Shown: positions 36,886 through 51,205, counted from the first letter of the stretch. The stretch: DNA of 64,000 bases from Octopus sinensis (GCF_006345805.1 NC_043013.1:35278001-35342000), one strand, 5' to 3'. The notes: generated from the letters alone by a model not told the origin. Made by a program: numbers and translations.

Positions 36886-37949
36886 ATATATATACACACA
36901 CCCGCACACACAAATACATACATATATATGAGTGTGCGTGAGTATGTATATATCTCTATCTGTTTATATATATATATATATGTGTGTGTGTGTCTGTGTG
37001 TGCTTGTATTTGTGTCTATTTGGACTACTCCCCTTCACAACTGATAGTGGTATATTTACATTCATGTGTAACTTAGTGGTTTGATAATAGAGAATGAGAG
37101 AATAAGTACCTGACGTTAGTCATGGTGGTGGTGGTGATGATGGTGGGGAAGGCCAATTCGTTTGGCTAAAACTCTTTAAGGCAGGGCCCCAGCATGGCTG
37201 CAGTCTCCAGTACCGAAACACGTAAACAAGAAACGTGAAAAAAAGATATTTTGACGTCTTAACATTAGGGTGCAGGTGTGACAGTGTGGCAAGAAGCTTG
37301 CTTTTCAATCACATGGTTCCAGGTTCAGTCCCACCTCATGGCACCTTGGGCAATTTTTTCCACTATAGCCTCGGGTCGACTGAAGCCTTGTGAGTGGATT
37401 TGATGGATGGCAACTGAAAGAAATCCAACATGGAAATAATTCGAATTAAAGGATGAATTCATATTCATCCAATAAAAAATATATATAACCCATGTGAATC
37501 ATTGGCTATTTTCTTCCTCTGTCTTTCCTTCTATTGTACTTTCCTCTCTTTCCAAAGAAGAGCGCCTGCTCGAAATGTTAAACCATCTTTCTTTCCTTCC
37601 CTGAGCATCTGCTAATACTTTATATGTACCACATACTTGTGTTGTTTATTGTTTGTTCTTCGTTTTGTGATTTATATATATATATATATATATATAGATA
37701 TACACAGAAATATAGGTAGAGATAGATAGATACATGATTACACACACATATATATTATATATAATATACATATATATACATATATAATATATATATATAT
37801 ATATATTTATATATAATATATACATATATATATATATACCTATCTATCTGTGTATATATATATTATATATATAATATACATATTTACACACACACACACA
37901 CATATATTATACATACATATATATATATGTGTAGTATATATATATATAT

Positions 37950-38061
37950 ACATCATCATCATTTACATCTGCTTTCCATGCTAGCATGGGTTAGACAATA
38001 TATATATATATATCATCATCATCATTACATCTGCTTTCCATGCTAGCATGGGTTAGACAAT
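37950..38061. repeat. Tandem duplication of a ~55-bp minus-strand RTE tail tip inside (TA)n
   Basis: CATCATCAT..TTACATCTGCTTTCCATGCTAGCATGGGTTAGACAATAT occurs twice. Confidence 0.9.
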
Positions 38062-38133
38062 ATAATATATATATTATATATATATATATATATAGATTAT
38101 ATATATATAGATATATATTATATATATATATAT

Positions 38134-38211
<78 letters not shown>

Positions 38212-39389
38212 GAATGCATATATTACAGACTTCCACACAGTTTCTATATACCAAATTCATGCAAAAAATGGCTGAAAAGATACATCTGCACCATCAGATG
38301 CTCCTGAACCAGTTGTTAAGTATCTTACTCGAGAGAGTACAATCATAGTGATTAATAAAAATTCATGTATCTTCCATCTTCCATCTCTCATTAATCAAAT
38401 GTATGTGTGTCTGTGTGTGTTTCTGTCTTTGTGTCTGTGTTTGACTCCCACCAACAAGGACTGATGGACAACAGTGTTTGTAAGTTTACATTCATCAGAG
38501 CTTAGCGGTTCACTAAAAATGACCAACAGAATAGGAACCAGGCTTAAAAAACAAACAAAAAAATAAGTATTGTGGTTGATTGCTTCCACTAAAAATTCTT
38601 TCAATGTGTTGCCCCAGCATGGCCACAGTCTAATGACTGAAAAAAGCAAAAGATAAAAGATAAAATATCTAATACACTTCACTGGCCAAAAATTTCTATA
38701 GAGCAGCAGGAATTACAAAAATAAAAATCATAAATAGCAGACAAAATGTTTATATTTTTGGGGACATTATCAAACATTAACTTTCTTATACTGATTATTG
38801 GTGTAGCTAAATTAATGGCCCATTCATGGTGATGTGGCATTATGAATGCCTTTAGTAAGGTTTGAACCTACCTATGTATTTATGGATCCCACAAATAAGA
38901 GCAAAAACAATCCCTTACATCAGAGAGATTGCATTAAAACCGAAATTAAGGAACGGAAAGGATAAAAGCTTAGTGAAATGAAAAGCAATTTCTCACAATA
39001 CTCCAAAAACTATTTTGGCTATGGTTGTATGACAAAATGAGCAATAAACTGGTCATAATAATTCTGATGATAGATGGTAATGATGAAGACGATGACGACG
39101 ACGACGACGACGACGACGATGATGATGATGATGGTGATGATGATGCTGACGATAATTCAACTCATTCCACATTATATATTCATTGTCAGTTATTTATATA
39201 TTCATTGTATGTTAGCTGTTTGCATGTATGCACGTTCGAGTGTTGTGCTAAAAACATATGTAAATATATGTAAATTTTTCCAGCTACATTGTTGCTCACA
39301 CTGACAAAACATTGCATTGTTATGTTATGAATATCTGCTTTGAATTATGGGAGAATGACAAATACACACAAGAACACATACGGAAAAAT

Positions 39390-39614
39390 CACTCGCCCCC
39401 TCCTGCACACACACACACACACACACAAGCGCACGGACACACACACACACACATGCTCTCACACACACACTCACACACACATATATATATACTTACACAC
39501 TCATATATTTATACATACTGACACTCACCACACTCCCACAGAGATACACACATATATATATACACACATATATACACATATATATATATATATATTCTAT
39601 ATATATACATATAT

Positions 39615-39655
<41 letters not shown>

Positions 39656-40805
39656 TATATATACACATATATATATACATTTATATATATATATATATAT
39701 ACTTACATATACACACACACTTATAGGTATACATTCATATACATATTTATATATATATATATACATTTCTATATACACACATACATATATATATACATTT
39801 CTATATACACACACACATATATATATACATTTGTACATATATCCATATATCCATATATATATATATGTACATATATACTTATATACATATATATATATAT
39901 ATACACATAGAGAAGGAAAGAGAGGAGTGGGATCTCCATCTAGAGATTTGCATAAATAACAAGCAAATAAACTTATTTTTCCGATAATTAAAGGTGCCCG
40001 CAATCTGGTATGTGATAAATAACACCATTACTTAGAAGGTGAAACACAAAACCAATAATTCATAGTTATGGAAACATAAGGAGATGCAGCAGAAAGTCTT
40101 CAGGACATTTTCGCTTAATTCTCCAATTTTCATTCCATTCTCTGCTATTTATTTATCGTCTTTTAGTCTTACTGCTTTAGTTGTTGGTTCAATACTCAGC
40201 AAACGTCTGTCAATGATAGCATTTGCATTTTCTTTTGTACAAGTTGCTAGGTGGTGTTTGCATACAGCATACAGATTCATAACTGTGCTTGTTTGCATAT
40301 ATATATGTATACGTGGAAGTATATATATGTGTGTGTGTGTGTGTATGTGCGTAGGTGTGTGTGTGCGTATCTATACGCATATATATACACACGCACACAC
40401 ATATATATGTGTATGTGTGTATGTGTGTGGGTGTGAACAGACAAGCACATATAAACGTATATATGCATACATATATACATATATATTCTTGGTACTACAT
40501 TATGGGTGCAAAACGAAATAAGGTGTCCCTAACAGCAACACACACACAAATATATATATATAGATAGATAGATATATGCATATGTATATATATATATATA
40601 TATGTGTATATATATATATATGTATATATATATGTATATATATATAATATATAAACATATACATATATATTGTGTATATATATATATATATATACATATA
40701 TACATATATCTATACATATACACATACACACATATAATAATGTATATACACATATGTATATATATATATATACATATATATACATATATATACATGTATG
40801 TTTGT

Positions 40806-40852
<47 letters not shown>

Positions 40853-41000
40853 TAGATATATATATACATACAGTAGTATAAACACATGCATATATTTATA
40901 AAAGCACACATGTAGGCTAAAAATATATATACATTTGTATGCATGAATATGTATATATGTCTACAAATGTTTGTATGTGTGTACCTATACATTTGTGGGC
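39390..41000. repeat. Extended CA/TA/TG microsatellite field
   Basis: Directly visible; source of many YI/HT/CV ORFs. Confidence 0.9.
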
Positions 41001-41842
41001 ACATAGACACACACACCTATAACACATAATCATGAAACTGTTAAAACTTTACCCTCATGTGTATAACGAATACATACATATAAAAAAAAATTACATGCAA
41101 ACATCGTCAGACATTAGTCCCTGCTTCTTGACTGTTTTTCTATTTTTGTTTTGTCGTTTATTTTTTTATACCAAATTGGCATATTTTGCGTCAATCTGCA
41201 TTGCAGCAATATGTTAGCATATTGAAATCATATATAGGAAAATTTTCTCCTGGCATTTCTTTGGTCCTTTACACTACCAAAGTTAGCATTCATGTCACAG
41301 ACTCACATCACACTTCAGACAAACAAGCAAAACCTCTTTACGTCGTAATGTCCATATCACTGCCTTCATCAGCCACTCAGAAATCTGTCCACCTGCTTTC
41401 TCATCTTCCTTGCATTTAAACTGCTCCATGAATTAACTCTAACAGGTTAAATCTGACTCTTCTTTCTGCAGATACTTGACATTATATTCTCTCTCTCTAC
41501 ACACACATATAAACCATGTTTTCTATTTATATATTTTTTTGGTACATGGTGCCATGTGAAAGGCACCTCTACTAGTGCCACATAAAATACTCTCATGTTG
41601 GAGTCACATAAAAAGTACCCATGCTGGTGTCACATAGAAAGCACTTGTGCTGGTGCCATGTTTCAAATAATGGTGTCGGTTTCACATGTAAAGCACTGGT
41701 GCTGGTGCCACTAAAAACAAAGCACCCAGTAGACTCTGTAAAGTGGCTGGTGTTAGGAAGAGTATCCAGTTGTAGAAACCATGCCAAAACAGACAATTGG
41801 AGCCTGGTGCAGCTTGCCAGCTTATATCAAGCTGTCCAACCT

Positions 41843-42228
41843 ATACTCTTTTTTACTCTTTTACTTGTTTCAGTCATGCTGGACTGCGGCCATGCTGGAG
41901 CACCACCTTTAATCGAGCAACTCGACCCCGGGACTTATTCTTTTGTAAGCCCAGTACTTATTCTATCGGTCTCTTTTGCCGAACCGCTAAGTGACGGGGA
42001 CGTAAACACACCAGTATCGGTTGTCAAGCAATGCTAGGGGGGAAAAACACAGACACATAAACACACACACATACATATATATACATATATACGACAGGCT
42101 TCTTTCAGTTTCCGTCTACCAAATCCACTCACAAGGCATTGGTCGGCCTGGGGCTATAGCAGAAGACACTTGCCCAAGATGCCACGCAGTGGGACTGAAC
42201 CCGGAAACATGTGGTTGGTTAGCACACA
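41843..42228 (-). mobile_element. Young SINE family A nested inside an RTE 3'UTR
   Basis: RTE tail breaks at CTGTCCAACC (about 41840) and resumes at AGCATGGAAAA (about 42234). Confidence 0.9.
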
Positions 42229-42459
42229 GCCAAAAGCATGGAAAACAAAACGGATGTTAAATGATGATGATGGTGGTTTTGGCAGTAATGATGATGATGA
42301 TGATGCATCAGATTATGTTTCTCTATAGGTTTATTGACAGTAACAGACTGTAGTTCCATCAAATACACCAAAATTGCTACATGCAGATATCCAGCAAACC
42401 TCCACAAAGCTACAATGCTGACTGTGCCTATCTCTCTCTCTTCTCTCTCTCTCTCACTT

Positions 42460-42494
<35 letters not shown>

Positions 42495-42756
42495 ACTTTC
42501 TCTCTCTCTCTCTCACTTTCTCTCTCTCCTTTTCTCTCTGTTTCTGTTTCTCTATTTCTCTGTTTCTTTGCTTCTCTGTCTGTCACTGTTTCTGTCTTCC
42601 GGTCTCTCTCTCTGTTTACACACTCACACACATTCTCTCTCTCTCTCTCTCTGTCTTTGTCTCTCTCACTCTGTCTGTCTTTCTTTCTTTCTCTCTCTGT
42701 CTTTCTTTCTCTGTCTGTCTTTCTCTCTCTCTCTTTCACTCACTCACACACGCACG

Positions 42757-42805
<49 letters not shown>

Positions 42806-43084
42806 TTCAAATAATGGTTTGCTTTAGCAATAATAAATGTGATCGAGGGTTGCATAAAATGCTTTTGCCCTCCTTTTGGTTTCTTGATGCTAATGCAGGT
42901 CTTCACAGCCTAAAGCCCAGTCTTGCTGCTCCTTGAAGCAGCTCAATTCAGGTGGTACACCATGAACTCTATGTCTAATTCATGAAGCACAAAATGCTAA
43001 TGTGAGACACGTAGGTTTCCGCTCCATATTGGACTCTTGAGTGATACATATTACGAAGCAACAAGTATGTGTGTTAGCACATGC

Positions 43085-43119
<35 letters not shown>

Positions 43120-43384
43120 CATATATTTACATGTATATATGGCGGTCTCCCTACAGCTTCCATCTTCCAAATCCACTCACAAGTTTTTGGTCAGCCAGTG
43201 GCAATAGCTGTAAGTCGAAGACACTTGCTTAAGGTGACATGCAATGGGATTGAACTCCAGGCCATATGGTTGACAAGCAAGCTTCCTACCATACAGCCAT
43301 GCCTCAGCCTTACAAACATACCCCCCACACACACACACATCTGTGTGTACGTGCATGCATCTGTAACTGCTTGAATATTCACAA

Positions 43385-43970
43385 TTGGTGCCGGACTACA
43401 AACATCATCATCATCATTTATCATCCATTGACCATGCTGGCATGGGTTGTAGGTTTTGACTGGACTGGCATATTGAAAGGCTGTGCCAGAATCTAGTCTG
43501 ATCTAGCATGGTGTTCTATAGCTGGATGCCCTTCCTAATGCCAACCAACTGAGCATGTAATGGGTGCTTTTATGTGTCACCAGCATGTATGCCAGTTTGC
43601 ATGACACTGGTATCTGCCATTGAAGGCAGCGGCGAGCTGGCAGAAACGTTAGCACGCCAGGCGAAATACTTAACAGTATTTCATCTGCCGCTAAGTTCTG
43701 AGTTCAAATTCCGCCGAGGTCGACTTTGCCTTTCATCCTTTCGGGGTCGATTAAATAAGTACCAGTTACACACTGGGGTCAATATAACCGACTTAATCCG
43801 TTTGTCTGTCCTTGTTTGTCCCCTCTGTGTGTAGCCCCTTGTGGGTAGTAAAGAAATAGGTATCTGCCATGACTGCGATTTTGTTCAGCTTGATGGGTCT
43901 TCTTCTCAAGCACAGCATAATGCCAAAGGTCTCGGTCATTGCCTCTGTGAGACCCAACACTCATGTTAAT
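43385..43970 (-). mobile_element. RTE LINE 3' end interrupted by a SINE B insertion
   Basis: Minus strand RGNDRDLWHYAVLEKK ORF end, 3'UTR block and GAT tail. Confidence 0.8.
43621..43858 (+). mobile_element. Young SINE family B variant with 12-bp target-site duplication
   Basis: TSD GGTATCTGCCAT at 43609-43620 and 43859-43870. Confidence 0.92.
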
Positions 43971-43982
43971 ATTTTTCATCAA

Positions 43983-44412
43983 CAGGTGCAGGTGTGGATG
44001 TGTGGTAAGAAGCTTGCTTCCCAACCACACGGTTCCAGTTTTAGTCTGACGGTATCACACCTTGGACAAGTATCTCCTACTATAGCCTCAGGATTTGATA
44101 GACAGAAACTGAAAGAAGCCCATCGCCTATATATATGTGTGTGTGAGTGTGTTTGTTTGTATTTATGTGTGTGTGTGTGTGTGTGTCTGTGTTTGTCCTC
44201 ACCACCACAACCACCACCGCCACCACCATTGCTTGACAATTGATGCTGGTGTGCTTATGTCCCTGTAACTTAGCAGTTCGGCAAAAGAGTTTGATAGAAT
44301 AAGTGCTAGGTTCACAGCAGCGAATAAGTCCTGGGCTTGATTTCTTCGACTGAAACCCTTTAAGGCAGTGCTCCAGCATGGCTGCAGGGAAATTACTGAA
44401 ACAAATAAAAGA
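43983..44412 (+). mobile_element. SINE family A
   Basis: Head to tail present. Confidence 0.85.
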
Positions 44413-44916
44413 GCATACTGCACGTGGAGAGCTCTGCACTTTCAAATCCCTTTTTGCTTAAAGTCTCTTCTTGCTTGGAAACCCGGTAAAAAACCAGCAA
44501 GAAGGAGAGCATCATCTGGCTTTAAAAAATCCTGCTTCAAGTAAACTCACTTTCTAACATGTGTTGGCATCGAGAAAAACAGAAGATGGCAAAAAACAAA
44601 AACAAAACAAAATTTTAAAAAATGGATGGACGGATAAACGAATGTATGAAAGAATTTATAAACACAAAAAAGAAATGAATAAATAAATAATGAATGAGCG
44701 AGTGAATGAAATTTATTTGTGCATGTGTTTATTTATATTCAATCCTATTTTCGTAGTTATTGTCCAAGTCAACGATGTTATGATAATCCAACATTTTGCT
44801 ATCATATATATAAATGAACACATCTCTATGTCTACATGCTAATGTTATTGTGTATGTGCGCATACTACGTACATACATATGTATACACACATATATAAAT
44901 ATATATATGTTCATAC

Positions 44917-44956
<40 letters not shown>

Positions 44957-45052
44957 TATATGTAAATATATGTGTATGTGGTATACATTCATACATATAT
45001 ATATATATATATATGTATATGTACATGTATATATATACACTATATATATATA

Positions 45053-45115
<63 letters not shown>

Positions 45116-45288
45116 TGTATTTGTGCTTATATGTGTTTATTCATGTGTGAGGCTTGTGCATACACATACAAAGTGTAATTTCATCTCTATTAATAACAAT
45201 GAACAATTTATGGAAAATTGTTTAGCACTATACATAGTTAAATGAATCGATAGTTTATGTACGTGTGTATATATGTGTATATATGCAT

Positions 45289-45326
<38 letters not shown>

Positions 45327-45416
45327 ACACAAATATATATATATGTATATATATGTTATATATTTAGGATATATATATATATATGTATGTATGTATGTGT
45401 ATGTGTGTATATATAT

Positions 45417-45450
<34 letters not shown>

Positions 45451-46568
45451 TGTATGTATGTATAAATGTATATATGTCTACATAGAGATAGGGAGAGAAA
45501 GTGAAAAGAGAGAGAGAGAGAGAGAGAAGAGAGGTTTCCAAAGAAACTGTCTAATGTATACACATACACAAACAGACAATCTTCGGTTATCGCTATTATC
45601 ATCATTATCTTCCTCGTCATAATCTTTGTTGCTGTTGTTGTTATTGATGCTCATTATTGTCTGTCTCTTCGTGGTGCTAATGTTTTCAGTCGAATATGTT
45701 AACTGTTGTTATAATGCGCCACTTCTTCTCTTCGTTGCCTTAATTTGCAAATGAATAAAAGAAACTACTAATTGCTGTAGGGTGGCGTGCAGGTCAGGGT
45801 GGAGAATGAATATAGGTAAATAGGTGTGTGCTTGTTCAAGATTGCGTAAGCGTATCTGTCTACATAGGTGTGCGCACACATACACATGCACATATATATA
45901 TATATATGTATGTGTGTGCTTTTTGTGTTTGTGTGTGTGTGTGTGAATCTGTTGTATCTCTATGTGTGTGTGTGTGTGTAAACGAGGTTGGGTAGGGGGT
46001 TTCATGCCATCATTTTAAGCAACTCAGATGTAATTTAATACAAAACTAAAAATGAAATGAGCAACAGCACGTGTGCACACTTTTCAATGAATAGGTTTCT
46101 CTAAAAACAGATTTTGATATACAAGCTTTTCATCTGAAACACGAAGAAATTAAAAGGGGGGAAAAAAATATTTTAATAAATCATTAAGTAGATAAATAAA
46201 CCAAATGAATTTTAAAAACAAAAAAAAAATTAAGAACAACATTAATACAAACAAAAACAACAATGGCATTTTGTTTGTTGTAATCTGTTTTAGAGTAACT
46301 TCCCTTATGAGATCAACTTATAATCCCCTGATAAAATATGCAAAACTGGAGTTGGGAAATGGGGTTGAAATGTCCCTTTGATAATTTCCAGGAATCCCGT
46401 TTCATGTAAAATTATCAAAAGTTATTCAAATTAATTTTCTCTAATGAGATCTGGAGAAAAATTATTCTTTAATATTTATAGCAATTAATAGCTTTCATGT
46501 GTGAACAAACATAGATAGATAGATTAATAGATAGACAGACTGACAGTCAGACAGACAGACAGATAGAC

Positions 46569-46642
<74 letters not shown>

Positions 46643-47339
46643 GTAACTATTTATGTGTTTTAGCAAATCTGGGTAGCCATCTTTTGTTTAGACAAGCTAA
46701 AAACAAACTTCCTGTTTGTTATTTAGTGTATCTGATTAATTTTATTACCATTACACATATTCTTTTAGCGTTTTTTTGTTTTTTTTTTTATCTTAATTTA
46801 TTTTATTAAATTATTTATTTATTTATTATTGCTTATGTTCAAATAGAAAATTGGAACTATGAAAATCATGATATTTCTGACATCTAAAGGGGATTTTATT
46901 CATTTCCATCGGCTTTTATTTGACGAAGATTAGTGCAGTAGCCAGCCATTTTGTTTAAGTGGTAAGTGATGGTTTATTTTGATTGATTGCCAAGAATCAT
47001 TGGAGCAGTAAGTTCTTTAATTTTGTTTTCTTGTCTGTTTGTTTTTACAGTTTTATTCTAATTGTGCATGACTGTTTTAGTTATCTATCTTGCTTGCTCT
47101 GTGAACATATCACACACAAACACAAACATACACACACAAACACAAACACATGCACACACATATATTACTTGCATGCAGATATACACCGACGCAAATATTT
47201 ATTAAAACTTATTAGTGAACAGACTAACAAAGACAGAAACATGCAACTTTAAATACACTTATAGCAGACTTATAAGAACAAAATCAAACAGGAGAAGGGC
47301 TTAAGCTTCTCAGTACACCAATAGATAAATAAATAAATA

Positions 47340-47600
47340 AATAAGTGCTATTACAGAAGAATGCTGACAAATTGTCTGATTCTGCACACAGAGAAGAAAA
47401 TTGGTAACATGGAGCAATATCATGATTTAAGTAGAGTGACTAGACTAGACACCAGGGTATACCCAGCAAGAGAAGCTGAGAGGGAGAAGTCTGCCAATGT
47501 TCGAAGGCATAAAGATCAAAGGCATGAGGTGTTCCTTGTTGTAAGTAAATGCAAAGAAGAAAGATCAAGACGTGACTGAGAGGTGTGTACACAATGGTAA
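47340..47600 (+). mobile_element. Probable highly decayed RTE-like RT C-terminal fragment
   Basis: KCYYRRML and MFEGIKIKG resemble RTE motifs (MRCYRRML, EG.I.G.R.RGR); heavily disrupted. Confidence 0.4.
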
Positions 47601-47871
47601 TAGCACTCTTGCAGACATTGAAAAGAAAGAGGTAAGGAAGTGTTGTTACAAGAGGTGGCTGAATGAAGAGAAGGCATGGTCAACTCCAGGCAAATATGAA
47701 TATATATACTTTATTAAAAACTCTGAGTTTTTGTGGTATTTTTGTTGCTTTTTAATAAAGCATATTACTCTACCACTGGTATTCGAGTACTATTTTTTCC
47801 ACCTTGTTTCACATTTATGTGCTTACTCTGGTATACAAATACATATATATACATATACATACATACACACA

Positions 47872-48256
47872 TGTGTGGTAAGTAGCTTGCTTACCAACCA
47901 CATGGTTCTGGGTTCAGTCCCACTGCGTGGCACTTTGGGCAAGTGTCTTCTACTATAGCCTCTGGCCGACCAAAGCCTTGTGAGTGGATTTGGTAGACAT
48001 GAACTGAAAGAAGCCTGTCGTGTATATGTATATATATATATATGTGTGTGTTTGTGTGTCTGTGTTTGCCCCCCCAACATTGCTTGACAACCGATGCTGG
48101 TATGTTTATGTCCCCGTAATTTAGCGATTTGGCAAAAGAGACCGATAGAATAAGTACTAGGCTTACAAAGAATAAGTCCTGGGGTCGATTTGCTTGACAA
48201 AAGGTGGTGCTCCAGCATGGCCGCAGTCAAATGACAAGTAAAAGAGTAAAAGAGAA
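47872..48256 (+). mobile_element. SINE family A, young copy
   Basis: Near-identical to 63270-63756. Confidence 0.9.
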
Positions 48257-48275
48257 AGAGTATACATACATACAT

Positions 48276-48364
<89 letters not shown>

Positions 48365-48614
48365 TGTATCAAGGAAATATCACCATGCCAGTGATAGCAG
48401 TCAAAAACCTGACTCTAAAACCACATCAAGTATTCATCTCCTTGATACTCTTGATTATAATTTTAATGATAATTATCACCTGCAAGGTTTTTCTTTTCAT
48501 GCTGGCTATTTGTTATGATCATTAATTTAAATTAAGGTCTTATCCTATTTTTATATATGTATATATATGTGTGTGTGTTTGTGTGCGTGCACGTGCGTGT
48601 GTGTGTGTGTGTGC

Positions 48615-48657
<43 letters not shown>

Positions 48658-48984
48658 AATGAGTAACGAAAGTATACAGGTGTTAATTCATTACAGCCAC
48701 TTCAAGCAACTCCTTTAATTGATTATATATTTTGAAAGAAACCGTTCTGATCAGATGACAGCATAGACTTCAAACACAGAGGATAAAAACCACTGCTTTA
48801 ACATATTCACATCAATAATGGAACTCAAAATATTTATATTGTTTCTATTGTCATATCTCTGGCAGAATGAGTTTAGAATGTAATGTATATCTTGTCAAGT
48901 CTATTATAATTTAGAGAATAGCAGAAGAAACAATAGGGGTAAGGATAAGAAGATACACATAGATAGATAGATATGAAGTATGGT

Positions 48985-49150
48985 CTATGAATTTGGGCCT
49001 CACAGAGGTGATGACAAGTCACAGAGACTTTTGGCAATATCCTGTGCTTGAGAAGACTTGTCAAGACAAGTCATAGCTCTGACTGATACCGATGTCACAT
49101 AACCAGCACCCATGCTAGTGGCACATAAAAGCACCTGTGCCGGTGCTTTC
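48985..49150 (+). mobile_element. RTE LINE 3' end fragment
   Basis: GLTEVMTSHRDFWQYPVLEKTCQDKS*. Confidence 0.75.
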
Positions 49151-49198
49151 TCAATCATTATTATTATTATCATCATCATCATTATTATTACTATCAGT

Positions 49199-49535
49199 GA
49201 AGGCGCATGGCTCAATGGTTAGAGTGTCGCGCTTATGATCATGAGGTTGTGAGTTCGATTCGTGGACCAGGCTGCGTGTTGTCTTCTTGAGCAAGACTCT
49301 TCATTTCACATTGCTCCAGTTAAAACTCAGCTGTAGAAATAAGTTGCGACATCACTAGTGCTAAGCTGTATCGGCCTCCTTTGCCTTTCCCTTGGATACC
49401 ATCAGTGGTGTGGAGAGGGGAGGCTGGTATGCACGGGTGACTGCTGGCCTTCCACAAATAACCTTGCCTGGACTTGTGCCTCAGAGGGTAACTTTCTAGG
49501 TGCAATCACATGGTCATTCATGACCGAAGGGGATC
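49199..49535 (+). mobile_element. tRNA-derived SINE (separate family)
   Basis: GGCGCATGGCTCAATGGTTAGAG A box and GTTCGATTC B box; related heads at 53812-53900 (+) and 18205-18300 (-). Confidence 0.75.
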
Positions 49536-49559
49536 TCCTCCTCCTCCTCCTCCTATTAC

Positions 49560-50445
49560 TATTATTATCACTATTATTCCTTCATAACATAGTGTAGGTA
49601 AAAATGCCCCGGAGTCTTTAGTCATCTGTCAAGTCACAACAAGTACCTCAGACAGATAATACTTTCCTTAAGATGTGTGCTGTACTCAATAAGGCTGCTT
49701 TTTGCAAGACATCAATCTTGCATGGGATTTCCAGTTGCCTTAAGAAGTCTTGAAGTTTCAATGGGATCGAGCCCAACGCTCTGATCACCACTGGTATCAC
49801 TTTTACCTTACCCCCTTGCATTCCATAAAGTTTTGCCATTTCCATTTTCAATCCGGAGTACTTGGTGATTTTTTCAAGCACTTTACTCACAACATTCATA
49901 TCATTTGGTATAGCTACATCAATGATCTGACAGCAATTGTCTCTCTTACTCAACATGACAATATCCAGCTGAGGGTGTTCAATTACACGATGCATCTGAA
50001 AAATCATAGTCCCAGAGTATCGTTACTTTTCCATCCTCCTGCATAATTTTACTTGGTACATGCTCATACCAATTCTCTGTTATTTCATATTAGTATTAAC
50101 GTCATAAGAGCCAATGAAGATACACACACATTTTATCATGGCGGTGCTTGTATTCTTTTTGAGCAAGACTCACACATCCACTTACCAAGTGGGTCACATT
50201 TTCTACACTCTTTCCATAGAGTCTGCATTCCTAGGTGTCAGAAATTTTATAGATGTTATACTTCACTGAATTGGTAGCGAGAGCCTAGTCTTGTGCAGCA
50301 ATGATCAGTCTTTCAGTGGTATGCTTCAAATCACCTCTCTCAAGCCATGCCCACGATGCTGTATTATCTTTAACGTCTTGTGTATTCCTTTCAAACTGTT
50401 CATACATTCTGATTTCAAGGTCTTCTTTTCTCTTCTCCTCAGCTC
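49560..50445 (-). mobile_element. R4/Dong-type LINE 3' fragment with short 3'UTR and TAA-like tail
   Basis: LIIAAQD, CRL...ENVTHLVSGC..LAQKEYKHRHD, PQLDIV...IIDVAIP.D...EKITKY, IPVVIRALG, LQKAALLSTAHILRKVL*. Confidence 0.92.
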
Positions 50446-50449
50446 TTTG

Positions 50450-50466
50450 GATGGTGATGATGATGA

Positions 50467-50500
<34 letters not shown>

Positions 50501-50521
50501 GGATGATGATGATGATGATGC

Positions 50522-50575
<54 letters not shown>

Positions 50576-50730
50576 CGACAACGGTGATGATGATTATGCT
50601 GATGACGACGACAATGAGGATGATAATCTTGATGATGATGGTGGTGGTGGTGATGATGGTGATGACAATGATGATGATAACGACGATGACGACGATGACG
50701 ACGATGATGACGATGATGATGATGATGATA
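50450..50730. repeat. (GAT)n field
   Basis: Directly visible. Confidence 0.95.
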
Positions 50731-50859
50731 TGTACACTTTGTAAAGCAGTTGTTGTTGGGAAGGACATCCAGTCAGAAAATTATGCCAAATATGGAATTT
50801 ATGAGTAAAAACAATCCTGTGACTCATCTAGGACTAAAACTGTGATGACCTCTTCAAAC

Positions 50860-51205
50860 TAAGCCATGATGAAAAATAAATGTAAAAATGTGGATGCAAC
50901 TGCTTCAAAATCTCCAGTTTCTATATCCAGATTACCAACAATACCAACAATAAATGGAGTACTAGGTTTTCTTAGTAAATGCTTAAAGGGGAATCTGGAT
51001 AAACTGGTATTTTCAGAAAAAGAACTCAACCGGCTGATTCGTACATTACAAGTGCAATCAGTAATTGGCGCAGTATAAATATGCAAGACTTTACTCAAGT
51101 CCCAAATGTGAATTTGCCTGTGTTAACTACATCCCAAAGATGGATCCTTGTATCTTTGATGGGAACTGGTTCCCTCCTCAGTGGAAGATTTATAATAATT
51201 AAAAA
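50860..51205 (+). mobile_element. R4/Dong-type LINE extreme C-terminus plus 3'UTR and ATAATAAT tail
   Basis: IPTINGVLGFLSKCLKGNLDKLVFS...LQVQSVIGAV*ICKTL matches the IGALG...GTVKICKT terminal motif. Confidence 0.75.
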
